The notes: a model not told the origin generated them from the letters alone. A stretch of 64,000 bases of DNA from Thermoleophilia bacterium (GCA_041393415.1 JAWKKE010000001.1:520366-584365); one strand, 5' to 3'; counted from the stretch's first letter, positions 32,030 through 41,510 are shown. Numbers and translations: made by a program.

Positions 32030-32422
32030 TCAGCCGAACATCCGCCGCTGGCGCTCCATGGCCATGTTGTAGCGGAACTCCGCGGCACAGTACTCGCGAC
32101 GGATCCGAGCCTCTTCCTCCGGCGTATTGGCGGCATTCCAGCGCCGTTGCGTGTCCTTGAGTTCGCGCAGAAGCCCTACCGTCTCCGGCGCCACGCCCGC
32201 GTTAACGAGCACCCGCGCAGCCATACGAAATTCCGGCGGCAGGTGAGCGAAACGATCGGGTGGTAGCGGTTGACCGCGGAACGGCAGACGGTCAAAGACG
32301 CCTTCAGCCTGCGCTTCTTGGATACGCTGCTCCGCTATCCATGCCATCCACTCCAAGTCGACCTCCCAAGCCGGCGCCGCGCTTACACCTGGCAGACGGG
32401 GCAAACGTAGCACGGCGGACAC
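32030..32422 (-). CDS. DUF1992 (DnaJ-C28-like) domain protein
   Basis: 130 aa with WIAEQRIQEAQAEGVFDRLPFRGQPLP...ARVLVNAGVAPETVGLLRE, matching the DUF1992 conserved core. Confidence 0.6.
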   Translation of the reverse strand: MSAVLRLPRLPGVSAAPAWEVDLEWMAWIAEQRIQEAQAEGVFDRLPFRGQPLPPDRFAHLPPEFRMAARVLVNAGVAPETVGLLRELKDTQRRWNAANTPEEEARIRREYCAAEFRYNMAMERQRRMFG

Positions 32423-32632
32423 GGCCGGCTAGCGGCGCCCGCAGCCATGATCCGCTCGTACCGACCGGCAACGCCGAACAGGTCTCGTTCGTCGCTGCGA
32501 CCGCCACCGGCGACGACATCACGAACCGTCGCCAGAATCTGGTTGTAGAGAGAATCTGGGCGGCGATCGTCGTCAGCTCCGGCAGCTCGAACACAGCCCA
32601 CCTCTCTGATTCTCACGTCTCACACCCTTCTG

Positions 32633-33565
32633 CTAGAACTCGCCGCCGAACTCCTCACGGTAGCGGCGGCGAAAATCCGCCATCGAGAAGCGGTGGTTCT
32701 GGGTGCCGTCCTCAGCGATCTTGACCGCACCCAGGAGCGACGCGATCCGACCGGTCGTCGGCCAGTCCAACCCATTCGCCAGCCCGTAGAGCAAACCGGC
32801 ACGATAGGCGTCGCCGCATCCCGTCGGGTCGAGCGCCTCATCAACGGCAACGACGGGAATGTCGAACGACTCGTCGCGAGTGTGAATCACGGAACCCTGT
32901 TTGCCACGCGTGACGATTACGGCCTCGAGCTGCCGGAGGGCTGCTGCGATGGTGAGCCCGGTCCGCTCAGCGATCAGCTCCCACTCGTAGTCGTTTGCCG
33001 CCAGCCAGGTAGCTTGATCAAGAAACCGCAGCAAATCGTCGGCGTCGAACATGGGCAGCCCCTGGCCGGGGTCGAACACGAAGGGTATGCCCGCGGCGGC
33101 GAACTGTCGCGCGTGCTCGATCATGCCCTCACGACCGTCCGGAGAGACGATCCCGATACCGACACCAGCGGCGGAACCGACCTCATTGCGGTGCGAGAAG
33201 CCCATCGCCCCAGGGTGAAACGCGGTGATCTGATTGTCGTCGAGATCCGTGGTCACAAACGCTTGGCCGGTGAACGTGCCCTCAACAACCGTCACGTGTG
33301 TACGATCGATCCCGCACTCGTCCATCCACGCTGCATAAGGACCGAAGTCCTCGCCGACTGTACCCATCGGCAGCGGGTCTCCACCGAGTAGTTTGAGGTT
33401 GTAGGCGATGTTGCCGGCGCAACCGCCGAACTCCCGACGCATGGTAGGCACAAGAAACGATACGTTCAGCATGTGCACCTTGTCCGGGAGGATGTGGTTC
33501 TTGAAGCGATCGCCGAAGACCATGATGTGGTCGTAGGCGAACGAGCCGCAGATGAGCGTGCGCAT
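32633..33565 (-). CDS. PfkB-family carbohydrate/nucleoside kinase (ribokinase-like)
   Basis: Start ATG 33565 with a GGAGA RBS. N-terminal MRTLICGSFAYDHIMVF and C-terminal DPTGCGDAYRAGLLYGL (PfkB signature 2, anion hole). The track ORF is extended spuriously to 34054. Confidence 0.8.
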   Translation of the reverse strand: MRTLICGSFAYDHIMVFGDRFKNHILPDKVHMLNVSFLVPTMRREFGGCAGNIAYNLKLLGGDPLPMGTVGEDFGPYAAWMDECGIDRTHVTVVEGTFTGQAFVTTDLDDNQITAFHPGAMGFSHRNEVGSAAGVGIGIVSPDGREGMIEHARQFAAAGIPFVFDPGQGLPMFDADDLLRFLDQATWLAANDYEWELIAERTGLTIAAALRQLEAVIVTRGKQGSVIHTRDESFDIPVVAVDEALDPTGCGDAYRAGLLYGLANGLDWPTTGRIASLLGAVKIAEDGTQNHRFSMADFRRRYREEFGGEF

Positions 33566-33734
33566 TCCGTCTCCTTGCATGAATCTGTCGAGCAAAGCTT
33601 CCAGCGGCATCATAGCTCCGTGCCGGCCCCCATGCGCCACAGCACCAGTCGGCGATGTGCCCCCCGCAACATTGCCGTCGACGGCCGCGACCGGGGAGAC
33701 TCTGCGCGAGCCGGCATCTCGCCCTAACCTCCAC

Positions 33735-34295
33735 TCAGATGTCAAACATCGTTCCACCGCCGGCCGAACCCGACAGACGGCGCAACTTGTCATTGCGCAG
33801 CCGTTGATCGTCCAGGACAAGATCACGGATGGCATCCGGAAGCTGTGCCCGCTGCCATGCGCACTCGCCACGACCGGCCTCGTCGCGCCGTTCATGTTCG
33901 GCCGTCGCGCGTACCGCCAGGATGGCGTAAGCGGCGGCCCCGAGTTCATGATCGGCCATGTGCGCCACGGCGGCCGCGTGACCGGCCGCACGCGCTGCAT
34001 CTTTCGCCGCGCCGGAGGTTTCGCGCGCGGCGGCGTGCGCGGCATACGCGGCAACGCGGGCCTGCGTCATAGTGATCTCTCCGCGCCCCCAAGCACACGC
34101 CCGCTCGATCGCTCGTCGTGGACGCTTATCGTCTGGGCGCGCCTCCTCAAAGAGATGAAGCACGTGCCGAGCGCAGTCCGCAGCCCACAGAGCGAGCAAA
34201 CGATGATCCTCATCCCGCAGGGTGCCACCACGCCGCACCGTCACTAGTCTCAGATCTCGACTCCCTCTGTAGGGCGCTGGTGTGTGCATCTTCAT
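33735..34295 (-). CDS. All-alpha hypothetical protein resembling actinobacterial 'putative immunity protein' (Imm5-like) family
   Basis: 186 aa: LLALWAADCARHVLHLFEEARPDDKRPRRAIERACAWGRGEI...AAYAAHAAARE...AAGHAAAVAHMADHELGAAAYA. This is the W..DCAEHVL..FE...PRxAIE..RAW.RGE pattern, recalled from memory for that family. No toxin gene is adjacent. Confidence 0.4.
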   Translation of the reverse strand: MKMHTPAPYRGSRDLRLVTVRRGGTLRDEDHRLLALWAADCARHVLHLFEEARPDDKRPRRAIERACAWGRGEITMTQARVAAYAAHAAARETSGAAKDAARAAGHAAAVAHMADHELGAAAYAILAVRATAEHERRDEAGRGECAWQRAQLPDAIRDLVLDDQRLRNDKLRRLSGSAGGGTMFDI

Positions 34296-34447
34296 CCTCG
34301 CCTCGCCAGTCGCGAGCAGCTCGAGTGGCCGCTGACGCCCATCTAGACCTAGGCTAGTATGTGTCGCGGCAAACGCGGTGACGATACCTCGATGCCGACG
34401 CCATCGCCGACCGGCAGCCGAGAAGAGAGAAGGGCAAGGCCAGACAC

Positions 34448-34942
34448 ATGTTCAGAGATATGCGACGCGGGAAGCAACTGCTCCCAGCGGCGGAGACGAT
34501 CGCCATGCTCGAGTCGTGCTCCTCCGGTGTCTTGGCCACGCAAGGCGATGACGGCTACCCGTACGCCGTCCCTCTGAGCTTCGCATACGAGGACGGCAGG
34601 CTCTTCTTTCACTGCGCGAAGACCGGCCACAAGATAGACGCCATCGAGCGCGACGAGCGGGTCTCGTTCTGCGTCGTCGCCGCGGACGATGTGATGCAGA
34701 GCACGTTCACGACTCACTTCCGCAGCGCGATCGCCTTCGGCAAGGCCAGAGTCGTCACGGACGACACCGAGAAGCGCCACGCCCTACGCTGCCTGGCGGA
34801 GAAGTACTCGCCAGACCATCTGGGAGCAGCGGACGTCGAGATCGAGCGTGCGCTGCATCGCACCTGCGTAATAGAGCTGGTCATCGAGCATGTGACCGGC
34901 AAGGCCGCGGCCGAGATCGTCACGACCCGAGAGCACGCCTGA
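34448..34942 (+). CDS. Pyridoxamine 5'-phosphate oxidase-like FMN-binding family protein (NimA-like)
   Basis: 164 aa: AETIAMLESCSSGVLATQGDDGYPYAVPLSFAYEDGRLFFHCAKTGHKIDAIERDERVSFCVV is a typical split-barrel PNPOx-like fold sequence. Confidence 0.75.
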   Translation: MFRDMRRGKQLLPAAETIAMLESCSSGVLATQGDDGYPYAVPLSFAYEDGRLFFHCAKTGHKIDAIERDERVSFCVVAADDVMQSTFTTHFRSAIAFGKARVVTDDTEKRHALRCLAEKYSPDHLGAADVEIERALHRTCVIELVIEHVTGKAAAEIVTTREHA

Positions 34943-34968
34943 CGCTCGCCCAGACCGGCCGAATCGCA

Positions 34969-35412
34969 CTAGACCTTGCCCCAACCCGGCAATTGGCGGG
35001 CTTGCGATACCCATGCCGTGAACTGAGTCTCGTCGATCTGGTCGCCCTCGTGAATATCGAGATAGCGCACGTTGTCGTCCTTTGACTCTCCCGGAGGCAG
35101 CGGCCGCAGCGACGCACCGTTGAAGAAGGTCACCTTCACGTACTTCGTGAAGCAGTGGAAACTGAGGATCCAACCCTGACCCTCGATGCCGTAGAAGGGA
35201 GAGTTCCAGCGGACCGCTTTGCGCACCTCCGGGAATGCACGCGTGATGAGCGTGTCCAACCGCCGCCCAACGTCGCTCTTCCAGCCCGGCATAGCCTGAA
35301 TGTAGGCTTGGACCGGAGCGTCGCCGTCGGCCTTGGCGATCTGAGGATTGCCACCCGAAAGAAGAACAGGCTTCACCGCCTGCTCCGTCACTGTGAGTTC
35401 CTTGTCTTCCAT
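34969..35412 (-). CDS. DUF1801 (YdhG-like) domain protein
   Basis: 147 aa with VQAYIQAMPGWKSDVGRRLDTLITRAFPEVRKAVRWNSPFYG, matching DUF1801. Confidence 0.6.
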   Translation of the reverse strand: MEDKELTVTEQAVKPVLLSGGNPQIAKADGDAPVQAYIQAMPGWKSDVGRRLDTLITRAFPEVRKAVRWNSPFYGIEGQGWILSFHCFTKYVKVTFFNGASLRPLPPGESKDDNVRYLDIHEGDQIDETQFTAWVSQARQLPGWGKV

Positions 35413-35582
35413 CGCACACGCCTCTCGCCTCTAGTCTTCCTTCCCGCCACAATGCACATCTGTCCTACCCGTTTTCCTGAGTGACTTTGCACAGAACGTG
35501 GAAGTATCTAGTTCCACAGCGCCCAACTGGTCGGACGCGTGAACGACCTGCATCGGTACACGCCAGCGAAGGGAGCGGCTAG

Positions 35583-36047
35583 ATGTCTACCGTGATCGAC
35601 TTCACAAACGTCTCCACCGCTGGCCTGGAGGCCTCGCCCGTCGCGGACGCGCTCGCCGGCCTGCGCGCCAACGAGGCGCGGTACTTCATGAACAAGTACA
35701 AGCACGCGTTCGCCGTGATGCCGGCGAGCGAGGATCAAGACACACTGGACTACGTCAATCGCATTCTCAAGGATGAGCGCGCTCTCGAGTTCGTCGCCAA
35801 GCCCCTCGAGACGTCTCGCTTTGAGGTGGACGGCATCCGCTTCGCGTACGTCTTCTACGAGAGCGGCCTCGCGCTGAATGTGATGTACACGATCGACAAC
35901 CCCAAGAAGCGTGCCGTCGGATTCAAGCTCGCGGAGGGCATGGACGTACCCGCGGAGCTGCAGGGGAGGTTCAAGTTCGCGACGCAGAAGTCCAAGCTGG
36001 CCGGCACGATCCGAGGCTCGTTCTTCGTCATCAAAGGCGAATACTAG
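35583..36047 (+). CDS. Hypothetical protein, no recognised family
   Basis: 154-aa ORF with balanced composition and RBS GAAGGGAG. Local GC (about 60%) is below the genome average. Convergent with the next gene. Confidence 0.5.
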   Translation: MSTVIDFTNVSTAGLEASPVADALAGLRANEARYFMNKYKHAFAVMPASEDQDTLDYVNRILKDERALEFVAKPLETSRFEVDGIRFAYVFYESGLALNVMYTIDNPKKRAVGFKLAEGMDVPAELQGRFKFATQKSKLAGTIRGSFFVIKGEY

Positions 36048-36058
36048 CCCGGCGCCTG

Positions 36059-36655
36059 TCAGCCCTCTTCGCGACGCTTCTCAATGCGCAGCGCCACGTC
36101 CACGACGTGGTCTTCTGAGAATCGACAAGCCTTCGGGACGAGCGACTCGTCTTGCTCGAGGATCGCGGCGACGAGCGCCGCCAGATCGTCGCGACGCTCG
36201 TCGGGAAGCGCGGCGAGTCGCTCGTCTCGCTCCATCTTCTTGCGGATCCGCTGGCGATTCTCGCGCGCCAGCATTCCCTGCTGCACACTGTCGAACGCCT
36301 TCGCCAGCGACTCCGCGGCGGGAGGCAGGTACTTGAGGCACAACCAGACGACGGCGATCAGCGGCAGATCCTTGAGGATCTCCGGAATGACAAGCTCGAC
36401 GGACCCAGATCTGACTTGCTCTACACGTAGATGCTGCGCCGGACGCATCGCGTAGGAGCGGAATCCCCTGGGCTGCAGCCGTCCGTAAACGTGGTCGATG
36501 AGCTGTAGATACGCAGCCATGTCACGAAGCGCGAGATCCTGGCAGTCGGTGCGAACGATCAGCTCGAGGCGATCGCCGGCTTCTGCCTCCGGGACAATCA
36601 GAGTCTGGAGGGCGACAACTCCGTCGACCGGGATTCGTAGTGGCGTTGCACCCAC
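36059..36655 (-). CDS. Hypothetical protein, no recognised family; immediately downstream of a SAM methyltransferase
   Basis: Start GTG 36655 preceded by GGAGGAGG. 198 aa: VGATPLRIPVDGVVALQTLIVPEAEAGDRLELIVRTDCQDLALRDMAAYLQ...KKMERDERLAALPDERRDDLAALVAAILEQ... The 340-aa track ORF to 37081 is an out-of-frame extension across the methyltransferase gene. Confidence 0.5.
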   Translation of the reverse strand: MGATPLRIPVDGVVALQTLIVPEAEAGDRLELIVRTDCQDLALRDMAAYLQLIDHVYGRLQPRGFRSYAMRPAQHLRVEQVRSGSVELVIPEILKDLPLIAVVWLCLKYLPPAAESLAKAFDSVQQGMLARENRQRIRKKMERDERLAALPDERRDDLAALVAAILEQDESLVPKACRFSEDHVVDVALRIEKRREEG

Positions 36656-36698
36656 GGACCTCCTCCTTCCCTTCTCTCGCCTGCGCCGATGAGGGCGG

Positions 36699-37595
36699 CT
36701 ATGGCCGACCCTCGCGCTCCGTACCCTCAGACTGAGGCAGCGCTCCCTCGCGAGTAACCTTCGCGACAACGGCGAACTCGTCCGCACCCGGATCGTATGG
36801 GCTTCCCGCAACGTCGGCCCAGCATTGCACGACCTGCAACCCGCAGTCGACAAACTCGAGCTCCAGCTGAGATGGAGTGAAACACTGAAGCCAGTTGAAG
36901 ACGCGGCGAGTTCGATGGCGCTCGACGATGGTGTACTTATCCAGAAGCAGGCGCTGATCGTCGTACTTGAACGTATTGAGGAAGCCGAAATACTCGTCGG
37001 CCGACCAGAAGCCGCCCATGAGATTGAACGCATAGGTGGCGCATTCCTCTCGAGAGTCGAACATCCGCGGCGAGTAGACATCGAGGAGAACGGCGCCCCC
37101 GCTCGCGAGCATCGAGCGGAACTTGCCCAGGAGCGATGCTCGCTGAGTGGGGCTCAGAGCGCAGAAGTCGCACATGATCATAATGATGAGATCGAAACGC
37201 CGTTCGGTCTCGAAGCCCAGGTAGTCCGCCTGGACGTACTCGATGTCAAGGCCCTCATCTGCCGCCGCCTTGCGTGCGTAACTCAGGGAGTTGGCGGAGA
37301 AATCGATCCCCGTGACGTCGAGCCCCGCGCGCGCAAGGCGCTGCCCGTAGAGTCCGGGCCCACAGCCGAAATCCGCCACCCTGGCTCCTGCGCCCAGTGC
37401 GAAATGCGAGACGATCCAGTCCACCGAGCGATCGACGAACACAGGGTTGCGCGAGGCAGCGTCTACGGTCTCGTTGAGATGGTAGGCAAGCATGTGCTCC
37501 GAGGTATGAGGGTCGGTCCACAGCTCGCGAGCCGTGTACTCCGCGAAAGGTTCGGGCCGATGGTTGACGTCTTGCAGAAACTCGAACAACGGCAT
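36699..37595 (-). CDS. Class I SAM-dependent methyltransferase
   Basis: Motif I VADFGCGPGLYGQRLA and post-I acidic residue (DVTGIDFS). Start at internal MPLFEFLQD (37595). Confidence 0.75.
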   Translation of the reverse strand: MPLFEFLQDVNHRPEPFAEYTARELWTDPHTSEHMLAYHLNETVDAASRNPVFVDRSVDWIVSHFALGAGARVADFGCGPGLYGQRLARAGLDVTGIDFSANSLSYARKAAADEGLDIEYVQADYLGFETERRFDLIIMIMCDFCALSPTQRASLLGKFRSMLASGGAVLLDVYSPRMFDSREECATYAFNLMGGFWSADEYFGFLNTFKYDDQRLLLDKYTIVERHRTRRVFNWLQCFTPSQLELEFVDCGLQVVQCWADVAGSPYDPGADEFAVVAKVTREGALPQSEGTEREGRP

Positions 37596-37769
37596 CTCCT
37601 GGACTCGGCTCTTCGCTACGTGGCGAGCGAACCAAGACTCGTGAAGGTATCTTACGGGCCAGCCGCAGGTCTGAGCCAGTCTTCTTAGACCTCCCACACC
37701 GCCCCCCCGAGCCGCACGAGAGCGTCCCAGCAATCGGGTCGAGGCCTTCCGGGCGGGATGGATAGGAGC

Positions 37770-38699
37770 CTACTCGCGCAGCAGGAACTCCATGAGGCGC
37801 TCGGCAACGAGCTCGGTTTCCGCGACGACGACGTCGTGCGCCGCGCCGGGGACCAGCGCTGCCTCGACGCTGGGCATGAGTGATTCGATGCGCGCAATGG
37901 CGCCGCGTGGGTCGGCGGTAGCCCCATCGCGGTCACCGAGGATGCAGAGCGTCGGCAACGCGATGCGCCGCAGGTCGTCGTCCGCCATCACGGCCGCGCG
38001 CACCGGCGGGAACATCGCGCCGTAGCACTCGCGAACCAGCAGTATCTCGTCGATGCGCCGGTCGAACTCCTCGGGGTGCCCGACGGCAATACTCGGCATG
38101 ACCCAACGGCAGTACGCTTCGAGCGACTCGCGCCTGCCGTCAGCAGCCGGCTTGAGGCGGTCTACGAACTCCTGCGAGAGGGGCGCACCGATCATGACCG
38201 GGGCGATCCACACAAGCTTGGCGAGGCGTTCCTGAGCGTGCAACGCGTACTCGGCCGCGGCGTAGCATCCGTAGGACTGACCTCCCATCACGATGCCGTC
38301 CGTCAGATCCAGCCCGTCGAGCACGTCATCCAGCCACGACCGAAGGTCGTCGACCTCGCGCACCGAGCGAGTCGGCACGCTGCGACCCTCATCGTAGATA
38401 GCGTCGAGCGCGTACGTACGAAAGCGCGCCGAGAGGGGCCTGATCAGTCGGCGCCAGACGAGCGAGGTCGACTGTCCGCCGGGCAGCAACACAACCGGCG
38501 GTGCATCGACCGGACCGCTGCTGCGCACGAACGTCTCACCGTACCTGGTCTGCACAGTCGTGCCCTCGTGCTCGACCGGCCACGACTGTTCGAGAATCTC
38601 GAGATGCGCAAGGAAGCGGTCGCGAGCTGTTTGCGAGGTAAACGGGCGGAAGCCGGCGGGCGTGACGTTTGGCAATGTCTCCTCCTGCATCGGGGCCAT
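37770..38699 (-). CDS. Alpha/beta hydrolase fold protein
   Basis: PVVLLPGGQSTSLVWRR (oxyanion/HG-like region) and the nucleophile elbow GQSYG (GxSxG). Start ATG 38699. Confidence 0.75.
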   Translation of the reverse strand: MAPMQEETLPNVTPAGFRPFTSQTARDRFLAHLEILEQSWPVEHEGTTVQTRYGETFVRSSGPVDAPPVVLLPGGQSTSLVWRRLIRPLSARFRTYALDAIYDEGRSVPTRSVREVDDLRSWLDDVLDGLDLTDGIVMGGQSYGCYAAAEYALHAQERLAKLVWIAPVMIGAPLSQEFVDRLKPAADGRRESLEAYCRWVMPSIAVGHPEEFDRRIDEILLVRECYGAMFPPVRAAVMADDDLRRIALPTLCILGDRDGATADPRGAIARIESLMPSVEAALVPGAAHDVVVAETELVAERLMEFLLRE

Positions 38700-38844
38700 G
38701 ACGCGAGCGTCAGTATGCGCGCATGAGGGACGAAGAAACAGACTGCAATTGTGGCCAGATCCCGTGTATTCTGAGATTAGGGGAGGCTTCTTTCTGGGCC
38801 GCCCCTCGCCGGGCTCCCACTCGAGTACGCATATCCTCACCCGA

Positions 38845-39588
38845 TCAAGGGACGACGATTCGCTGCGACGAGGACACACCGGCGACGTTGTAGTTGGTAC
38901 CGGTGAACTGCGCCCGAATCAGGTACTTGCCCGGCTTCACATCGTAGTAGCTGTACGTGCACCAGGACCGCCCGTCTGTCCCGGCCCCTCCCAGGCTGGC
39001 GGGAAAGCGCGTCCAGACACCATGCACGCGGCACTGCACATCAGCGATGAACGGCGGCTTCTGCAGAGGAAGCTGATAGAAGGGCTGCTCGGGCGAGACG
39101 GTGATGCGAACCTCGGTGTGCTTCCGCGTGGTCTTCTTGACCACCAGCTTGAGCTTCGGCTTCACGCCGGCGAACATCCAGAAGCTGGAAGCGAGATAGT
39201 CGCCGTTGCCGGCCCAAGTGGCAGTGATCTGGCAGCTTCGCCGCGCTGCCGGCACGGTCGCTTGAAATGTGTTGCCGTTCATCTGATCGTAGGTCACCAC
39301 GGCCTCGGCGACGAACGTGTCGGCGCTCTCACCGACCTCTCGCTTGTGGACCCGGACCACAGCGCCGCTCAGATCTTCGTTGGCCACAATACGTCCGCTC
39401 ACGATGATGTCTCGTCCAGCCAGCGTCGCGTTTCGCGCCGAGAGCGTGATCGGCGCGCTGAGCTGATTCGTCGCCGGCGCCGATGACGCCAGGCACGCCA
39501 CCAGCAGAGCGGACGCGGCGACGGCGAGCAGTGCGCCGACAAGCGCCTTCCGTGACACCCCGACGTTGCCAGACCGTGACTTGCCCAT
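38845..39588 (-). CDS. Hypothetical secreted lipoprotein
   Basis: Start MGKSRSGNVGVSRKALVGALLAVAASALLVACLASS shows a signal peptide with a lipobox-like LVAC. The remainder has no recognised family. Confidence 0.5.
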   Translation of the reverse strand: MGKSRSGNVGVSRKALVGALLAVAASALLVACLASSAPATNQLSAPITLSARNATLAGRDIIVSGRIVANEDLSGAVVRVHKREVGESADTFVAEAVVTYDQMNGNTFQATVPAARRSCQITATWAGNGDYLASSFWMFAGVKPKLKLVVKKTTRKHTEVRITVSPEQPFYQLPLQKPPFIADVQCRVHGVWTRFPASLGGAGTDGRSWCTYSYYDVKPGKYLIRAQFTGTNYNVAGVSSSQRIVVP

Positions 39589-39956
39589 GTTCCCCCTCCG
39601 TGATCGTCCCTGACGATATGCGCTGCCAGCCATCAGATCTCTCCACACCTCGGGAGACGCGCATGCCGCCACAACGGTTCGCCCACTTTGTGTCCGACGC
39701 TCGGGACACGGTCTCCGCGTCCCGGTCATGATGGCGCGCGTCTCAACATCTACGAGCAGTCATCCGCACGCCCCGACGCCACTCTGTTCTGCTAGAATCG
39801 CTGCAATTCAAGAGGAGTTGCCGGGATAGAATCACGGTCCGGTAGGTAGTCCGGACGCACCGCCTCTGGCCATGCGGCCCACGAAGGCGCGTGTCAGTAG
39901 CCTCCCCCTTGGGTGTCCGTTCCCGGCGCGAACCCAACTGTGAGGGGAGCGCTGCT

Positions 39957-40388
39957 ATGCCTACTACCGGTCTCAGCGCCAGACTGACCGTCTACTACGA
40001 CGGCCAATTCTGGGTCGGGTTCTTCGAACACGAGGACGACGCGGGATTGGCCATCGCCCGTCACGTGTTTGGACCGGAGCCGTCACTCACCGAGATAGCG
40101 GAGCTCGTGACCAGACGGAGTTGGTCGCGACTCAATTTCGTCATGACCGGGGTGAGCGACGCCCCGGTCCACAGGCTGGCGACAAACCCCAAGCGAAGGC
40201 AGCGCGAGGCCGCCCGCGACGCGCGCGCCACCGCGCCCTCAACCAAGGCGCAAGACGCGCTGAAGGCCGCGCTCGGCGAGCAGAAGCTCGAGCGCGCGGC
40301 CGCGAGGCGCGAACGCCTTGCAGAAGCCGCCGAGGATCGCTGGCAACAGCGCGTGGCCAAACGCAAGGAGAAGAAGCGCGGCCACTAG
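39957..40388 (+). CDS. DUF2992 family protein
   Basis: LTVYYDGQFWVGFFEHEDDAGLAIARHVFGPEPS matches the conserved DUF2992 N-terminus, and a C-terminal K/R/E-rich tail follows. RBS GAGGGGAG. Confidence 0.6.
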   Translation: MPTTGLSARLTVYYDGQFWVGFFEHEDDAGLAIARHVFGPEPSLTEIAELVTRRSWSRLNFVMTGVSDAPVHRLATNPKRRQREAARDARATAPSTKAQDALKAALGEQKLERAAARRERLAEAAEDRWQQRVAKRKEKKRGH

Positions 40389-40457
40389 CGCCGGGACTGG
40401 TGGCAATCACCGACCCGGCATCCTCATACGCGCCGCGATCAAGCAGCGGCCGCCGGT

Positions 40458-40820
40458 TCATCGCGGCGCGTTCAGCCAGACCTTCACGATCGAGCCGACC
40501 GCGAGCACCAGGACGACCGCGAACATGCCGACCAGTGCCCACTGTCCCTGTTGCGCGAAGTAGCCGGGGCTGACGATCGCGGTGTAGACGAGCATCCCGT
40601 TCGCCACGAGCGCGAGTCGCGCTGCGCCTCGCGCACTACGAAACAGCATGACGCCGGCGACGATCAGCGCCACAGCCGTGACGGCCTCCGCCGCAAGGTG
40701 AAACGCGATGCGGTACGGCTCGGTTTGCAGTTCGGGGACCTGACCCGCGGCGACGAAGAACGTCCACTGTGCAAGCATGAGGGCGCCGATGACCAAGGAC
40801 GACCATGCCGCAAACTTCAT
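40458..40820 (-). CDS. Small integral membrane protein (4 TM), unknown function
   Basis: 120 aa, four hydrophobic helices. Confidence 0.45.
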   Translation of the reverse strand: MKFAAWSSLVIGALMLAQWTFFVAAGQVPELQTEPYRIAFHLAAEAVTAVALIVAGVMLFRSARGAARLALVANGMLVYTAIVSPGYFAQQGQWALVGMFAVVLVLAVGSIVKVWLNAPR

Positions 40821-40889
40821 GCCGTTCCTCCCAACCGATCAGAGTCGCCGTGCGTCCAGCGCACCGCGCTGGTCTGCCGCGCGATGACA

Positions 40890-41510
40890 CTAGTAGACAC
40901 CGGGCACCAACCGGCTGGTACGCGTTGAGTACTCCGCATAAGCACCTCCGAAATGCCGCAGGAGCGCTCGTTCCTCGACACGAATACGGTACACGACTGC
41001 GCCCAGAGGCAGCACCACCGCGACCACCCAGCTGATCCAACTGCCCGAGCACAGCCCAAAGCCCAGCATCGACAAGAGCACACCCAGGTAGGCCGGATGC
41101 CGCACGTGGCGGTAGGGACCCCGGTCCACAATACGTTGCTGCGTCGCAACGGTCACCGTAGTCGTGAACTGGCCACGCAGCGTAACCGCGGCCGCCACGC
41201 GAATGGCGACGCCGGATGCAAGGCAGGCACAACCTAACCAGCCCAACACCTGCCTCAGCACCCCCACGTCGCCCAGTCCCGCCGGTGTAGTTCGCGATTG
41301 CCAGGCGATCATCGCGAAGGCCACGCTGACGATAAGCGCCAGCCACATGCCGAGGAAACTCAGGCGATCCTCTACCTTTGCACGTCGGTTGCGTCGACGA
41401 TTCACCAAGCTGAACGCACTGATCGCCACCTCGCTCAGACACCAGACGACGAACAGAGCTACCGTGATGACATTCAGCCAGCTCATCGACGCACGATCAT
41501 GCCGTCTCAC
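40890..41510 (-). CDS. Isoprenylcysteine carboxyl methyltransferase (ICMT/PEMT) family membrane methyltransferase
   Basis: C-terminal RIVDRGPYRHVRHPAYLGVLL...EERALLRHFGGAYAEY is the ICMT-family signature. Confidence 0.75.
   Translation of the reverse strand: MRRHDRASMSWLNVITVALFVVWCLSEVAISAFSLVNRRRNRRAKVEDRLSFLGMWLALIVSVAFAMIAWQSRTTPAGLGDVGVLRQVLGWLGCACLASGVAIRVAAAVTLRGQFTTTVTVATQQRIVDRGPYRHVRHPAYLGVLLSMLGFGLCSGSWISWVVAVVLPLGAVVYRIRVEERALLRHFGGAYAEYSTRTSRLVPGVY

Noticed and set aside
32633-34054. 473-aa track ORF.
   Set aside because: The true PfkB kinase begins at ATG 33565. The upstream 160 aa are a Pro/Arg-rich extension overlapping the 3' end of the immunity-like gene in another frame.
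36059-37081. 340-aa track ORF on the minus strand.
   Set aside because: Only the C-terminal 198 aa (from GTG 36655 with a GGAGGAGG RBS) read as a real protein. The N-terminal part runs across the methyltransferase gene 36699..37595, which is on the same strand in another frame.
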